DNA of 63,951 nt, filler included, from Rhabdomonas costata (lineage: Eukaryota), in NCBI GenBank assembly GCA_019059605.1. It is 33 parts of 33 records of this genome, joined end to end, with 100 filler letters (N's around TTAATTAATTAA, not from the genome) between each part and the next. Parts side by side here need not be neighbours in the genome. Positions count along the whole stretch, not along the records: positions 13,585 to 15,423 come from JAHMHO010008326.1; positions 15,524 to 17,368 come from JAHMHO010008327.1; positions 17,469 to 19,310 come from JAHMHO010008328.1; positions 19,411 to 21,252 come from JAHMHO010008329.1; positions 21,353 to 23,194 come from JAHMHO010008330.1; positions 23,295 to 25,136 come from JAHMHO010008331.1; positions 25,237 to 27,077 come from JAHMHO010008332.1; 26 more parts are not named here. One strand, given 5' to 3'. The notes below the pieces were generated by a model. It worked only from the letters and a program-made list of their open reading frames with translations. It ran no database searches and was not told where the DNA came from. The translations under genes and the position numbers were made by a program. Below, in pieces: positions 13,985 through 26,036 of this stretch (within the stretch, counting starts at the first letter, position 1; each line of letters opens with the position of its first letter).

Positions 13985-14983
13985 CCCATCTAAATCCTCC
14001 ACGTCCACGTCGACTTCCACAGAAGCGGTGTCCTCCGTGATGTTCACCGCAGTGCCCCCCAGAAGCACTGGAACGGTGGGCTGAAATGAAACATCCACCG
14101 TGACGGTGCCCTGGGCGGTCAGTGGGATTGCGTCGGAGCTGAACACCGGGACCTCCGTGACAGTGTACTGCGAGCCCCATCCCGCGCGCATCAATCTTGT
14201 ACAAATACTAAATGGAGCAACCTCCGAGGCAAGCAGCATATAAACGCACAGATAAAAAAAGAAGCGTTTTTAACCCGTCTAAGTGCTATGAAAAAAACAG
14301 GACGTTCCATTAAAAGAACGTAGTGAAGTAAAGAGCAGCGAGTTGGAGGGGGAGTGCTTACAGGTCTGCGGGGTGTTCCCCCTTTCCCGCGGTAGCGATG
14401 ACCTTCCTTAGCAAATAAAAGGAAGAAGACAAATGCGGCCTGGTGGCGGCCTAAACTCCTCCTTTGAAGAACCCTGGCTGATAGGCAGGGAAAGGGGTCA
14501 ATAAGCAGAAACCTGAAAGACAGCGTAGGTGTTACCCCAGTCCACCCCAACGGACTGGAAAAACATCGCGCACCCCGGGCTGGTCAGCACCGTCCCTGCG
14601 GTGGTGATTGGGACGGCTACGATGCCTCGGCGGTCATCCGAATCCTGCAGCAGCAGGCTCCCTGCAGAGAAGGCAAAAGTCGCTCTGCTGTTTGCCACTG
14701 ACCCCGACTAAATCACTCCGCCCTCTGCCAGTGCCAGAAAAGGCACACTTGAGATGACTGGTGGGGGTCAGTCAACAGCCCCCAGACCACTGACACGAGA
14801 GAGACCATCGGAAGACAGAGCCAAATTACCTGAGGGCGGGGGTAGGGTAGCCACAGCACACTGCCATAGGCCACCGTCTGGGTCACTTCCCGGCAGCAGG
14901 AACCGCGAGGGCTTCAGCTGCAGCGCGGAGACCGTGAGGTTGGCGGCCGTTGGGGGCTGGTTCCGCACAAACTTGAACCGCCC
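13985..14983 (-). CDS. Extracellular protein with cadherin-like/bacterial Ig-like repeats (multi-exon fragment)
   Basis: NQPPTAANLTVSALQLKPSRFLLPGSDPDGG and PTVPVLLGGTAVNITEDTASVEVDVDVEDLDG match the N.pP.....v...ED.......D.DG repeat pattern. AG acceptor at 14985-14984. Confidence 0.6.
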
Positions 14984-15804
14984 CTAATAGCGCAGAAAAC
15001 GAACTTATTGTGGGCACAATCCTCAATACCTTGATACTCCGAACCATCATACACATGCCAATATGCCAGTTTGGCTTCGGGTGTATCGTAGATGACCAGA
15101 TGTCGCTTTCTGCATGTAAGTGCAACTGAAGGGCACAAGTCCACAAATATCGGAGCAAGATCCCCTTCGAAAAGGATTCGGATATGCAAGCCAACTTGGT
15201 GTTATGTGCCGTGGTGAAGGCCGGGTACTTTTGTATGGCTTCAAAATCATAGACACCTTCGATGCTCGCTCTGACGTCATTCGGTTGAGAATGAAGCAGG
15301 AGATCAGGGGATAGGCTGCAGCGGTGGCCCCTGCAGACCCACCCACTAACAAACATACACGCACGCACACACACACGCACACCGAAACGACCACCCCACC
15401 CTCCGTGGCGTTGTACCCCACACNNNNNNNNNNNNNNNNNNNNNNNNNNNNNNNNNNNNNNNNNNNNTTAATTAATTAANNNNNNNNNNNNNNNNNNNNN
15501 NNNNNNNNNNNNNNNNNNNNNNNGTGGTGGGTGTGTGTGGTGTGGGTTGGATGAGGCGGTTGCTGGAGGGAGGGCCACAGGGCGACGGAGACCGGCACCA
15601 GGCTGAGCAGGAGATGGAGAAATCCGCCAGAGCCCGCCAACACACCGGGGCCACCGGGGCCGTGGTTGGACTCAAACAGCGCCATCAGGATCGCCTATCT
15701 GAAGAGATCTTTGGGCAGAATGCCTTTTCCGCTCTGGTAAATGCGGCCGATCCCAGTCTGACTTCAGGGAATTCGTGCCTTGCCTGGCGAGTCTGGAGGG
15801 TTGA

Positions 15805-15806
<2 letters not shown>

Positions 15807-15840
<34 letters not shown>
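15807..15840. repeat. (CT)n microsatellite
   Basis: Long ctctct tract. Similar tracts lie near 11373-11392 and 42779-42795. Confidence 0.95.
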
Positions 15841-15843
<3 letters not shown>

Positions 15844-17475
15844 ATCACGAAACACGAAACACGTGATGACTCAGGTACAACGGTGAGACTATACAGCGTA
15901 GCGCGAAACTAAACACCTGAGGTTGTACGTTAGTAGTAGTTAGATGCGAGTCGCGGCCCCTGATGGTGGACATGAACCCACGTCGTATGTGGTAGTAGTT
16001 CTGGGTAGGCGACCCAAGGTCGACCGGTGGATGGGCTGATAATACAACAAATTGGACAATCAACCCACTCAAAACACATGAGAGGCTAGTGAATCTGCCT
16101 AAGTTGTATCGTCCGAGTCCCACACTTGATGCATTATTTGAGGTGTTAGAAGTTCCGGTAGTGTTAGCGCAAGCTCCAACACACAAACTACTGCATGAGG
16201 TGATGTTGTTAGCCCTGGTGGTAGCGTTGAAGGTGGTACGGCAGACACAGTGCACAGTACGCCCTGTCTCACCCTCAACTTCCAACGCGCCACAGTGTGA
16301 GTGAGTGGTGAATTGCCTGCAAGGGCTGATGCTAAAGCTGATGCTTCGGTTGATGACACATCCCTCAACCTTCGCTAACCCCAGTTTGATGGTGTAAAAA
16401 CAGTGTCAAGGGGATTGCTGACGTAGCATGTTTGAGATGAGTGTAATGGTGTTATCTAAGTGCGTTGCCGTGGTGGTCTTTGGTCTTTTCTCGCTGCGTC
16501 TTGCTCTCGCTGCGTCGCCTTGGCGCGAGTCTTGCGGCTTACCACCATTTTTTGCCCGCCACGCGCCCGCTTTTTTGCCCTTCTTGTGCCTTCCGCCACT
16601 ACCAGCGGACCGTGTGCCCATCGATTTGTTTTCCACTTCTTCCAATCCAGTCTCTTGTTTCCTTCCTATGCCCGCGCGCCACTCCTAAACGTTTTCGGGT
16701 AGTTGCTCTCTTAGATTCGTGTCTTTCCCGATCCCCATTGGCATTGGACGCTTTGTTTGCTTGGATATTGGGGGTGTCCCTGAAAAATGCGGGGCCCTTT
16801 TGTTCGCTTTATCGCCTATTTTACCCAGGCACTCGGTGATGCCTCCGGCCATCCGACCCGGAAGCCGGGATGACGCCTAAACACAAAGTGATGGAGCTAC
16901 TCAACGTGGAGGCCGCCTTGGCCGACCAACGCCCTCCCCCCGGCGCCCCGTCTGGACCAACGGCTCCATCTGTGCCCAGGGCGGCGGGGACGCACTGCAG
17001 CCGGGATCGGACCCCGCAGCGCCACCCACAGCGAAATGGTGGCTCGGGCCTTGGTTTCCCGCTTTCCCCCTACGCCTTCGCAGGGCCGGACGGATTCGCC
17101 GTCGCCCCAAAGCTGATCCGAACCCGGCTGACGGACCTCAACGGTCCTCTCGGCCCTCTTGTGGGAAGACCAGCGCGCGCAATCGGCACCGCGGGTGGAG
17201 GAGTGTCGCCTACCCCGGGGAAGCAATTTGAATGACCCAGCTCAATGCACATTTTCAAATGCCCACTCCCACCAGCACCTGCGTGCCTTTACCCCTACGA
17301 GGGGTCCGCCTCGGTGGCTCTCCTCCTCCTTTGGAAGGGGGATCAGGGGCACGCTTCCCAACCCAACCNNNNNNNNNNNNNNNNNNNNNNNNNNNNNNNN
17401 NNNNNNNNNNNNTTAATTAATTAANNNNNNNNNNNNNNNNNNNNNNNNNNNNNNNNNNNNNNNNNNNNGGGTGGG

Positions 17476-17715
17476 TGAGGCCTCCGGCTTAAGGGCAGTT
17501 CATCGGCAAAAAAAAATGACGTTACTTCTGGGGAAAGGGGGTAGGAGGAAACGTTTTTTGTTAAGTTGCCGGAACCCTCCATCTCGCAATGAACCTCGAA
17601 GCACCTGCATTGCCACCTTACGCCCTGTGAGACCAACCTGAGCACCTGGGGTCTTAGGCCGCTCCTCTGCCAATGTTATTTGGGCCGATAAACTGCCCTT
17701 AAGCCGGAGGCCTCA
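17476..17715. mobile_element. MITE-like element with 32-bp terminal inverted repeats
   Basis: TGAGGCCTCCGGCTTAAGGGCAGTTCATCGGC (17476-17507) versus GCCGATAAACTGCCCTTAAGCCGGAGGCCTCA (17684-17715): one mismatch, non-coding interior. Confidence 0.6.
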
Positions 17716-19412
17716 GCCGCCCAGTTTCATTGGAAACGGTCCTCGTGGATTTCTTCTTCTCAACGAGTGTGACGCATACCTAAACCATAGTTCGCCTCGC
17801 AGGTGTGCTGAAGCCTTCCCCTACTCGGCCCAGCATGTAATTCTCTTCTGTTTCCTTTCTTGCGTTTCCTGTAACTTCCTTCTTTTTCTGATTTTATGCC
17901 GTTGTTTAATGGCGGCGCCTAACCATCGCGGCGATGGCGCAGACCGCCTCCGCTGGTCCCTTTCGCGCATTTGTGGCCCGCCAGGGATCAAGCTGCGCCT
18001 CAATTACGTTTTCACACGGCGACCTGTGGAGAAGAATGATGGAGTGGTGCTATTGGTATGTTTTCTTTTTTTTTTGGTCATTCGCTTGTTTTTAGTGAGG
18101 GACGGGACATAGCGGGGAGGGGGTAGCCACTCCCTATCAGTCAGCACCTCCACATTATTCTTGGGGTTCTGGACTATTTCTTACCCTGGCAGAGATATTT
18201 CAACAGTGTATTTTTTCGGAAGGAGAATGTGTGTGCTTAGGTTCCCTCGTCTCTTTAGCTTTTCTGTTGTAAGAAGGAAGGCGTTTGTGTCCCTCCTCTT
18301 TGTATGAAAATTCAGAAGAAATGTGCAAGGAGGGGGTACAGAAGTATGCTCGTGTGACGGTGAGGTCCAGAGTTGCTCTGCGCAGAGAAGGGCTCCCTAT
18401 CCTGAGAAGCGTTCTTCCGTCTGCCCTGCGGCGAGGTTCCGCGGGTCTTATCTCAAAAGCAAAACGGATGCGATACAGCAAAGGTGTGGATAACGTGAGT
18501 GAAGCCAAAAACATGACTTGTCCATCATTGGTGTGAAACTGCAAGTGTGGGCTGTGAAAATACGTTTGCGTGCCAGGTACCTTCAGAGTTGTTTGAGAGT
18601 TAGCAACACCCACTCAGCTGTAGAGCTCTGATAGCACTCACACGTCAGAGATAAGAAGAGGAAGCCGAAGATTCTTTCCCACCGAAAGAAATCGCTTGAA
18701 AGGCGCGTTCCGGAGAACCGCACTCCCGAACGTTGGGGGCGTGATGGCAGCGCTTTGTGCGGCAGTGTATCTAGAAGTACGCGAGGACTCCTGGGTGACG
18801 GAGACGCGATTTCAGACAAACCGCAACAAATTCACCCGTCGTCCTTAGCCGCCCCTTGGGATCCACCAGAATCGTCACAGAGCCATAGTCCCCCCATCAT
18901 CCGAAGGACACTCCAGCTCCTCCACTTACGCGCTCAGGCAAATGATCGCCACGGACCTCAGAGAGCTGGTGCTGGAGAAGCTGTCCCAGTTCAGTCTTCC
19001 TTGGCTCCGTTCCAGGGGGACCTCGATCTTGGTCCTTCGGAAGAGCTTGACCGGCTCCAGGTCTACCTTGTGCGGAGCACTGCAATCATACTTAATCGAT
19101 AATTAAACATTCAGTGTCGCACAAAACGACAAGCTGACACCGCCGCCGGCTTCTCGTAATGGCGGTGAGGTCAGCACTCCATTTTGGCAGTACTACACTA
19201 CTCCCTGGCCTGCACGTCTGTGTGCATCCTGGCTGATGTGGCGATATACAGTATTTGGTCACACAGCCATGGTATTCGCGTTTCTGCGTTGCAAGGAAGA
19301 ATCACACAACNNNNNNNNNNNNNNNNNNNNNNNNNNNNNNNNNNNNNNNNNNNNTTAATTAATTAANNNNNNNNNNNNNNNNNNNNNNNNNNNNNNNNNN
19401 NNNNNNNNNNTG

Positions 19413-19549
19413 GGTGTTCACTCTGCAGATTCCCGGCAATGATCTGAACACATATTTCACAATTTCATACTATGTTCAGTACCTGAACATAGTATGAAAT
19501 TGTGAAATATGTGTTCAGATCATTGCCGGGAATCTGCAGAGTGAACACC
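19413..19549. repeat. Perfect palindrome, 67-bp arms and 3-nt loop, at a contig start
   Basis: 19413-19479 is the exact reverse complement of 19483-19549; the loop is TAC. Confidence 0.95.
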
Positions 19550-22500
19550 TACGTCAAAAGTAGAAAACGCCCCCGAAGAATCTGGACAAACTTTCCCAAG
19601 AATTAACATTCCATCGAAGTGGCCGTATCCTTCGACCCATTAGAATCTGATTCCGTAGAGTAGCTGAGGCTTTTGGTACTCAGAATCTGTTCGGTGTGGT
19701 GCATCCAAACCAACAATGTCAACCATTTTCCGTACCACTGGGGTAAATGAAGGTCTTTTTTTTTGGCAAATGCACGATGGTTGGGGGATTTACTGCGGTG
19801 GGTGCGGCATCTGCTAGCTGAGTGGTGGAGATTGCCTGCAACACTGTGAGGACACTTTCCTGGAAGTCCCAATTTTCTCTGGCGTTGACTTCGAGGATGT
19901 TTGTCAAATGGAGGCCTTGCTGGCGAATGATGTTCTTGAATTCGGCTGTGTACATAATGGAAAGCAGGCAAACAGAATAAACGCAAGCTTTTTCGGGAGT
20001 GGTCTCATAGCGGAACTCGCCCTTAATCGAACTTGGGTCCAACTGAAAATTGAGGACGGCCTTTTTTCTGCGCGCTGATGGTCGCACATTGCGCAACAAA
20101 TCACCGAAACTTAATTCAACCGACCAACCATTTTTGCAGAAAACCAAAACCTAACTAAAAAAGTGCTACCAATGTTGTGCGTTCCATTTCTTTTCTGAGC
20201 TGTTCTGCTAGGTGGTCTGTGGCCGCTCCGTGGTCAGGCATGTCCTGCCGTGGTCCGTGCCAGTGTCCACCTGAACCCGAACGGTGCCGTTGGCTTGTGG
20301 ATTGGTCTCGGTGGGCGGTGGCCGTACAAAGGGGCTGCCTGTGGACCGCTTTCCAGGCAAATGGTGGAAACCCAAATAAGAAAGTAATGTAAGAGTGATC
20401 GTAAACATCGCGAAAAAATGGCGCAAAAACGAGAGAGAAAGAGAGAGAGTTCAAATGCAACTGTTAATTCTCACATTTAAGTGGCTCCGGAAGACGAAAT
20501 TCAAACAACCAAACAAAGAGTACACGACAGTGCGGACAACAGTGTGCAACGTACAATGAACACGCGCGTTCGATTTCCCGAATATAACGGGGCAAAAACA
20601 ACGCAAAGAAACGCAAGGATCGGAGGGGCGGTCCGTTGGGAGGCGGTTGGGCGGTTACATTTGTCCGTTTGTACGGCCGGGATGATTCCCATGCTGCCCA
20701 GGACCCACCGCACCTGTGAGCGTGGGTACACCTGGGAGTTTGGTGCGGGACGGTCCTGTCACTGTTTCCAAAGCTAGCCTGGTCGGTAAACACCTTGTAC
20801 GACAAAGGGGGTTTTTGTATGGTCTCAGATTCAAACCAGGCTCCAGACCGCAAATATTCGAAATTCCCGGAAGTTGAGACTGAGACCGGAAACCGATTCC
20901 ATTCAAGCCGGGTCGGCAAGCAAAGGATAGAGTGCGGTGCGCACAAGGAACTGTCCACGTTTGCGGCCGCTTCTGTCAAATCGGTATTTTTTGTTTTTGT
21001 TCTGGTCCTTTCGTCCCGTTTAGGCCAAATAGGGGCCACGGCAACGTTGCCTTCAAGCAAGGGCAAAGTCCCGTATGGGGCGAATGGTGGGAACTAAGTT
21101 GGTCCACGGCTCTGGGAATGTTCCTACTTGGAAACCAGTGACCAAGTGTAACGGTCCTCCTAATGTCAGAAACCGGATCTTCTCCCCGGCCAAGGATCAC
21201 TCCTTGCCCGGAAACACGTACTCCCACAACACATACTTTCACCCAACCCCCANNNNNNNNNNNNNNNNNNNNNNNNNNNNNNNNNNNNNNNNNNNNTTAA
21301 TTAATTAANNNNNNNNNNNNNNNNNNNNNNNNNNNNNNNNNNNNNNNNNNNNTGGGGTGGGGTGCTTGTGGCATGGACGGCCAATTCGCTGCCTGCCTCC
21401 TCCCTCCTCTCCAATCGCCCCGAAAAGCACACCGAGCAGAGCAGGGGCAGCAGCAGCAGCAGCAACCACAGCGGCGCTGCCCCTTGACAGCCATTCTCGG
21501 GGCACCTTCAGGCCCCCAAGCTCCGGAGCTGGACGACAAGAAAAGCAAGAACAACATCACCACCACCAAACGGCACCCATCCATGACGCCATCCACAACC
21601 ATGGGGTGGGTCATGGTGCTCGTGCTCGTGCCGGTGCTGGTCGTCGTGCTCCTCCGCGGGGTCAAGCCCCATGTGTTCGCGCCTGTTCTGACATAGGTGT
21701 GGATCTGCTCCACCCGCCCACCCCCGTGCTGCACGACAGGGTTGTGGCGGTGGGGGGTGGGTCACCAGTAGTATAGTAAGCTGTGAGCACCGTCCCTCTT
21801 TTGCTCGGCCTCCAGCCTCGTAAAAAAGGGACGTTCCGCACAACTTACCAAGCAATTTAACCCGCCACCGCGGGGTGGCGCGCCTGAGGGCAAGCACCTG
21901 GGATTGTCTGGGCGATTCTGTGGATATCATCATTGCAGAGGCGCCTGCCTTGTCCAGAACACCCAAAGTCAGCAGAAACTGCACACAGACACAAGCATAG
22001 TCGACAGTAGGAATAGTCCAACGCAAAAAACACGACCGAAATCAGATCGACCATAGATCGATCTATTCATAGTGACCCGATCTACTCATAGTGTTCAGTA
22101 ACAAAAAAGTTCCTAAGAGAGCAGCAGGGGCTGCTGAGACTGTGAGAAGTGTGCCCGGTGGCTCACTTCAAGCATTCTCACCAATGTCACCGGCAGAAGA
22201 GGGTGGGGTTGCGCCTCTTCCCAGCTGTATTATTTCCCTGTCTCACTCTGTTCAATAGGGTATACGCCAGCGATGGGGGAAGACGAAAATAAGATGGGGG
22301 TGGGTTGCAGTTCCTCGGCAAGTCAGGAAGCAGGAAGCAGCAAGCGTGGGGTTGAATTAAAAGATAGCATTGACAGAAAAGGGAGCAAGCACGGGTCCGC
22401 TGACCCATCCCCTCATGAAAAACAGAAACTCCCCGGTATGGAGCCCAGACGCCAGACAGTTGGATCGCCACCCCCCAAGAGCCGCTGTAGTGAGGTTTGC

Positions 22501-25478
22501 TTGGGCAGTGCAGAACTGCATCGCGGTCATGTTGTCGTAAACCCTCACCCCTGCCGTAACCCGAGGCACCACGGGAAACTGGGCATCGAGCCAGGCCAGA
22601 AAGGCAGCGTGGGAGGCCGCCGGGGTGGCTCCCTGGGGTACTGGTGCGCCGCCACCCACAGCCAGTGCGTTGTGGATGACGTTGGGCTGCTCCGGCACGA
22701 TGATCACGGCTATAGGAAACAACAACAATGGGAGACCCGATCACTGATGCGCATTGCTTAGAAAAACGGCTACCAACAGAGGTACGGGGAAAATAGAAAA
22801 ACACGGGTGTGTCTATGGGGAGGGGGGATTGTGTACATTCTCAGACCTGGATCATCCGAGGCACTTCGGAAGTTCAGCGTGACCTCCAGGCCAGAGGGAA
22901 GGAAAACGGACACCTCACTGCGACGACGTCCACCAGACATTGAAAAGGGGGAAATGGGAACAGGATGAGAAAGTGGTCCTTCCGCATTCCGCAGAAATGT
23001 GATCAAAGGAAAGAGGACAAAAATAAAAAACGCTAACGAAAACGCTGACTATGACGCTAACGAAAATCTGACTCATATCTGTTTGGTCTTCGTTGTGTGA
23101 AACAGTGAAAGCGGTATGCTATAGAAGAGAGCACCCTCAAACAGGTTCTTTTGCATGCAGGGGGTGAGGTAAACTTTGCCAGTTCCCCCACCAANNNNNN
23201 NNNNNNNNNNNNNNNNNNNNNNNNNNNNNNNNNNNNNNTTAATTAATTAANNNNNNNNNNNNNNNNNNNNNNNNNNNNNNNNNNNNNNNNNNNNTAGTCG
23301 AGCACAGTGGCGTGGTGGGTGAAGAGTGCAGCTGAGCGAGGCGTTGCAAGAGTATATCAAGCTATCAAGCAGTTTCATGTTAGAGAGCTGAGTTTGGAGA
23401 TGTGGTTGGAGCACTGTGGAGAAGGCGTAAAGTAAGAGTGAGAACTCAGGACACAAATTGCGCAAGGAATTGTACCAGAAATGGGACTACTGTAGCGCTG
23501 TGAAGAATGTATGCGTTGGACAAAGCAGAGTATGGACTGTTGTTGGAGGGACAGAGAATACTGAGGTTTATGACAGAAGATGAAGGGCGAAAAGATGGAA
23601 GTGCGCATTGTGTTGTAAAAGAAACCCAAGACAGGAGTCACTGGGGTTTCACCTGAGAACAGAGCGGAGGTGCAATAGTGTGTCAGAAGAAGAGGAAAAG
23701 CACGGTAGTGAGGCCGTGAGGAGGTATTGCTCGTCAGAGAACCTTCGGTTCTCTTCCCCCCGAGCAGGGGAGGGTGTCACGGCCCAGATCACGTAGGTGT
23801 GACAAGAGAGAGAGAAGTCGTGTAGGTGTGGCTAGAGAAGCATGGAGCAGTCCTGAAGAGAAAAAAGAGAGGCAGTGTCATGAGATAGAGAGGGAAGCGA
23901 AGGATGCAAGCAAGGAATGGTGCAGTGATGGAAGGCGTTGATTCCAGAGCGGATGAGACCAAGAGAAGACAGCGGCTGAGATCAACAGGTGGGGGCATCA
24001 AATCATTCCATCGAGCAATGTTCGAGAGGAGAGTTTTGTCCCAGTTTGTTTTCAGAATGATCCCGGAGGAGATCAACGAAAGAGACGAAGAAGCCCATCA
24101 AGAGCAATGCCGCCGACATGATGGAGTTCCAGAACAAGCAGAAAGATCAAGCAAAGCGAAGATATAAGAGCGAGGAATGAACACCCAACCGACGAAAAAG
24201 GAGTGAGCGCCAGGAATCCAAGAGGTTGCCACTTTTTCTTAAATTACGGAAGTTCATGTGGATTTGGTGTGTTTTTGCGGGGTTTTGCGACAATTTGTGG
24301 ACTTTGTGGGTTGTAATGCCGCTCACTTCGGAAGCCAGAGCGGAAGGAGGTTGGTGTCACGGCCCGGCTTGCAACCTCAGCACTTATGTGTAACGCGGCG
24401 TCTGCCGGTGGTTCCATTGGTTTCTGTGTTCTGCAGCCGTATCCCGACTATGCTTTTGCAAAGTGGGCGCTGTCACGGATTACCTTGTGTGTACCCAGGA
24501 GCGTGACTTTCTTACGAACGGTACGGCTTCGACTTGCGTCCGAAGTCCGGCGTTTGATGGAACCTGATGTCTCCCTCGGTCAGGGGTGAGAGTGTCCTGT
24601 CTGCTGCTGCAACGGGGGGAGGCGTGCAAGGCTACTTGCTCTTTCCTCTGGTGCTTGTGTGCGTTGTGCGAAGGGGGCGCGAGGCAATCTCTCTCGGGGT
24701 CACGCTGCAAACCAACAGAATGGGGGAGTGGGTACGAGCTTTGCAAGGGGGAACCTGGTGTTTTGATTTCTGCGGGCTCGCGGCCTCGGGCTCTGCTTAT
24801 TCACGGGGGCGGGCTGGGTGCGACTCTGGCTACCACTTCTGCCTCTCTCCTCCATTCAAGCAGGTTGGGACTTAAGCAGCACTTACGCAGCAACAGTGCA
24901 AGCATAGCAGCGTTCACAACCACAACTGCATCAGCGACAATCCACACACTTTTACCTCCCTCTGGGTTTTGCGCCGGCTCTTTCGCATCCGCGCTTCTCC
25001 ATTGCAACCTAATTACAACGCACAACCAACACAAGCACGAACAAAGGATATCACGGGCCAAACCATTTGCTCACGCTCCTTCCATCCCCTCTGGTCTGCA
25101 GCAAAACCATAATCCAAAAAAGGACCACCAAAAACCNNNNNNNNNNNNNNNNNNNNNNNNNNNNNNNNNNNNNNNNNNNNTTAATTAATTAANNNNNNNN
25201 NNNNNNNNNNNNNNNNNNNNNNNNNNNNNNNNNNNNTGTGGTGTTGAAAGAGAAGTTCCCAAAAAAAATCTCACCTGCTTGGAAATCTCTTCGCGTTGAA
25301 TGAGCATTTACTTCCCCTCCCTCGGTGCACGCTATGTGCTCGCTACACAGAGAGGTTAGCAAACATTTTCCCGAACCTCTTAGCCCATTTGTCGCGCAGG
25401 ATCGCACACAGATTGCGACCCAATTCGTGTGCAAGGTGTATACCTAGTTGTGCTATGGGTGCTATGGGTGGCCCTCAG

Positions 25479-26036
25479 AGCTGATGGGTATATCCAACGC
25501 TCTTCCCGGCTCGTTGAGTACCCAGCTGGTATTCGCCATCGCTGTGTGCCATGGCGGCCTGGCAGCAGGGCTGGTGGGTTTCCTTTTATGGAGCCTGCCG
25601 ATGATGATCGTGATGACATGGTGTGCAGTGTGCTTGTTCGCACACACTCCGAAGGATGAGGAATCAAGCTGTTGTGCTGCAGTGTTTTGGTTGGAACTCG
25701 TGCTGCTTTGGGTGCCCAGATTATCTTTTTGCTGCGTTTGTTGTTGTTTTGCTATGCCTCCCTTCCCACATCTGCAGCCTTGCGATCGGGGTGAGCCACA
25801 TTTCCACGCCCTTCCCGGCGGTTGTGGTGCATCTTACCAACGGCCTGGTCAGTGTGGCGGTGGGGCTGGTGGCAGTGGCCGCTTACAAGCTGAGCCAGAA
25901 GGTCGTCACCGACACCGTCACGATGTTGGTCTGTGCAGGAGCTGCATGCGTCTCGGTGGCCTACTCTGCAGCCTGGGTGGACCCCTCTCTGATGGTTGCC
26001 GGCGGCCTGCTGACCTTCCTGTGGGACACGTGGCAG
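25479..26036 (+). CDS. Chromate ion transporter (CHR family); exons 25479-25620 and 25778-26036
   Basis: ELMGISNALPGSLSTQLVFAIAVCHGGLAAGLVGFLLWSLPMMIVMT|CLAIGV...NGLVSVAVGLVAVAAYKLSQK matches the CHR motifs ALPGP.STQ, WSLP and AVGLVA.A. Phase-compatible GT-AG intron at 25621-25777. Confidence 0.85.

Noticed and set aside
14708..14770. Stop-codon reassignment as in some trypanosomatids
   Set aside because: Conserved exons (tubulin, VPS13, ABCG, NCL, ALG9) have no in-frame stops, so splicing or decay is the simpler explanation.
16099..16430. Leucine-rich-repeat gene (ASALASALAGNSPLTH)
   Set aside because: Only one partial repeat-like phrase; the flanking frames do not sustain the LRR pattern.
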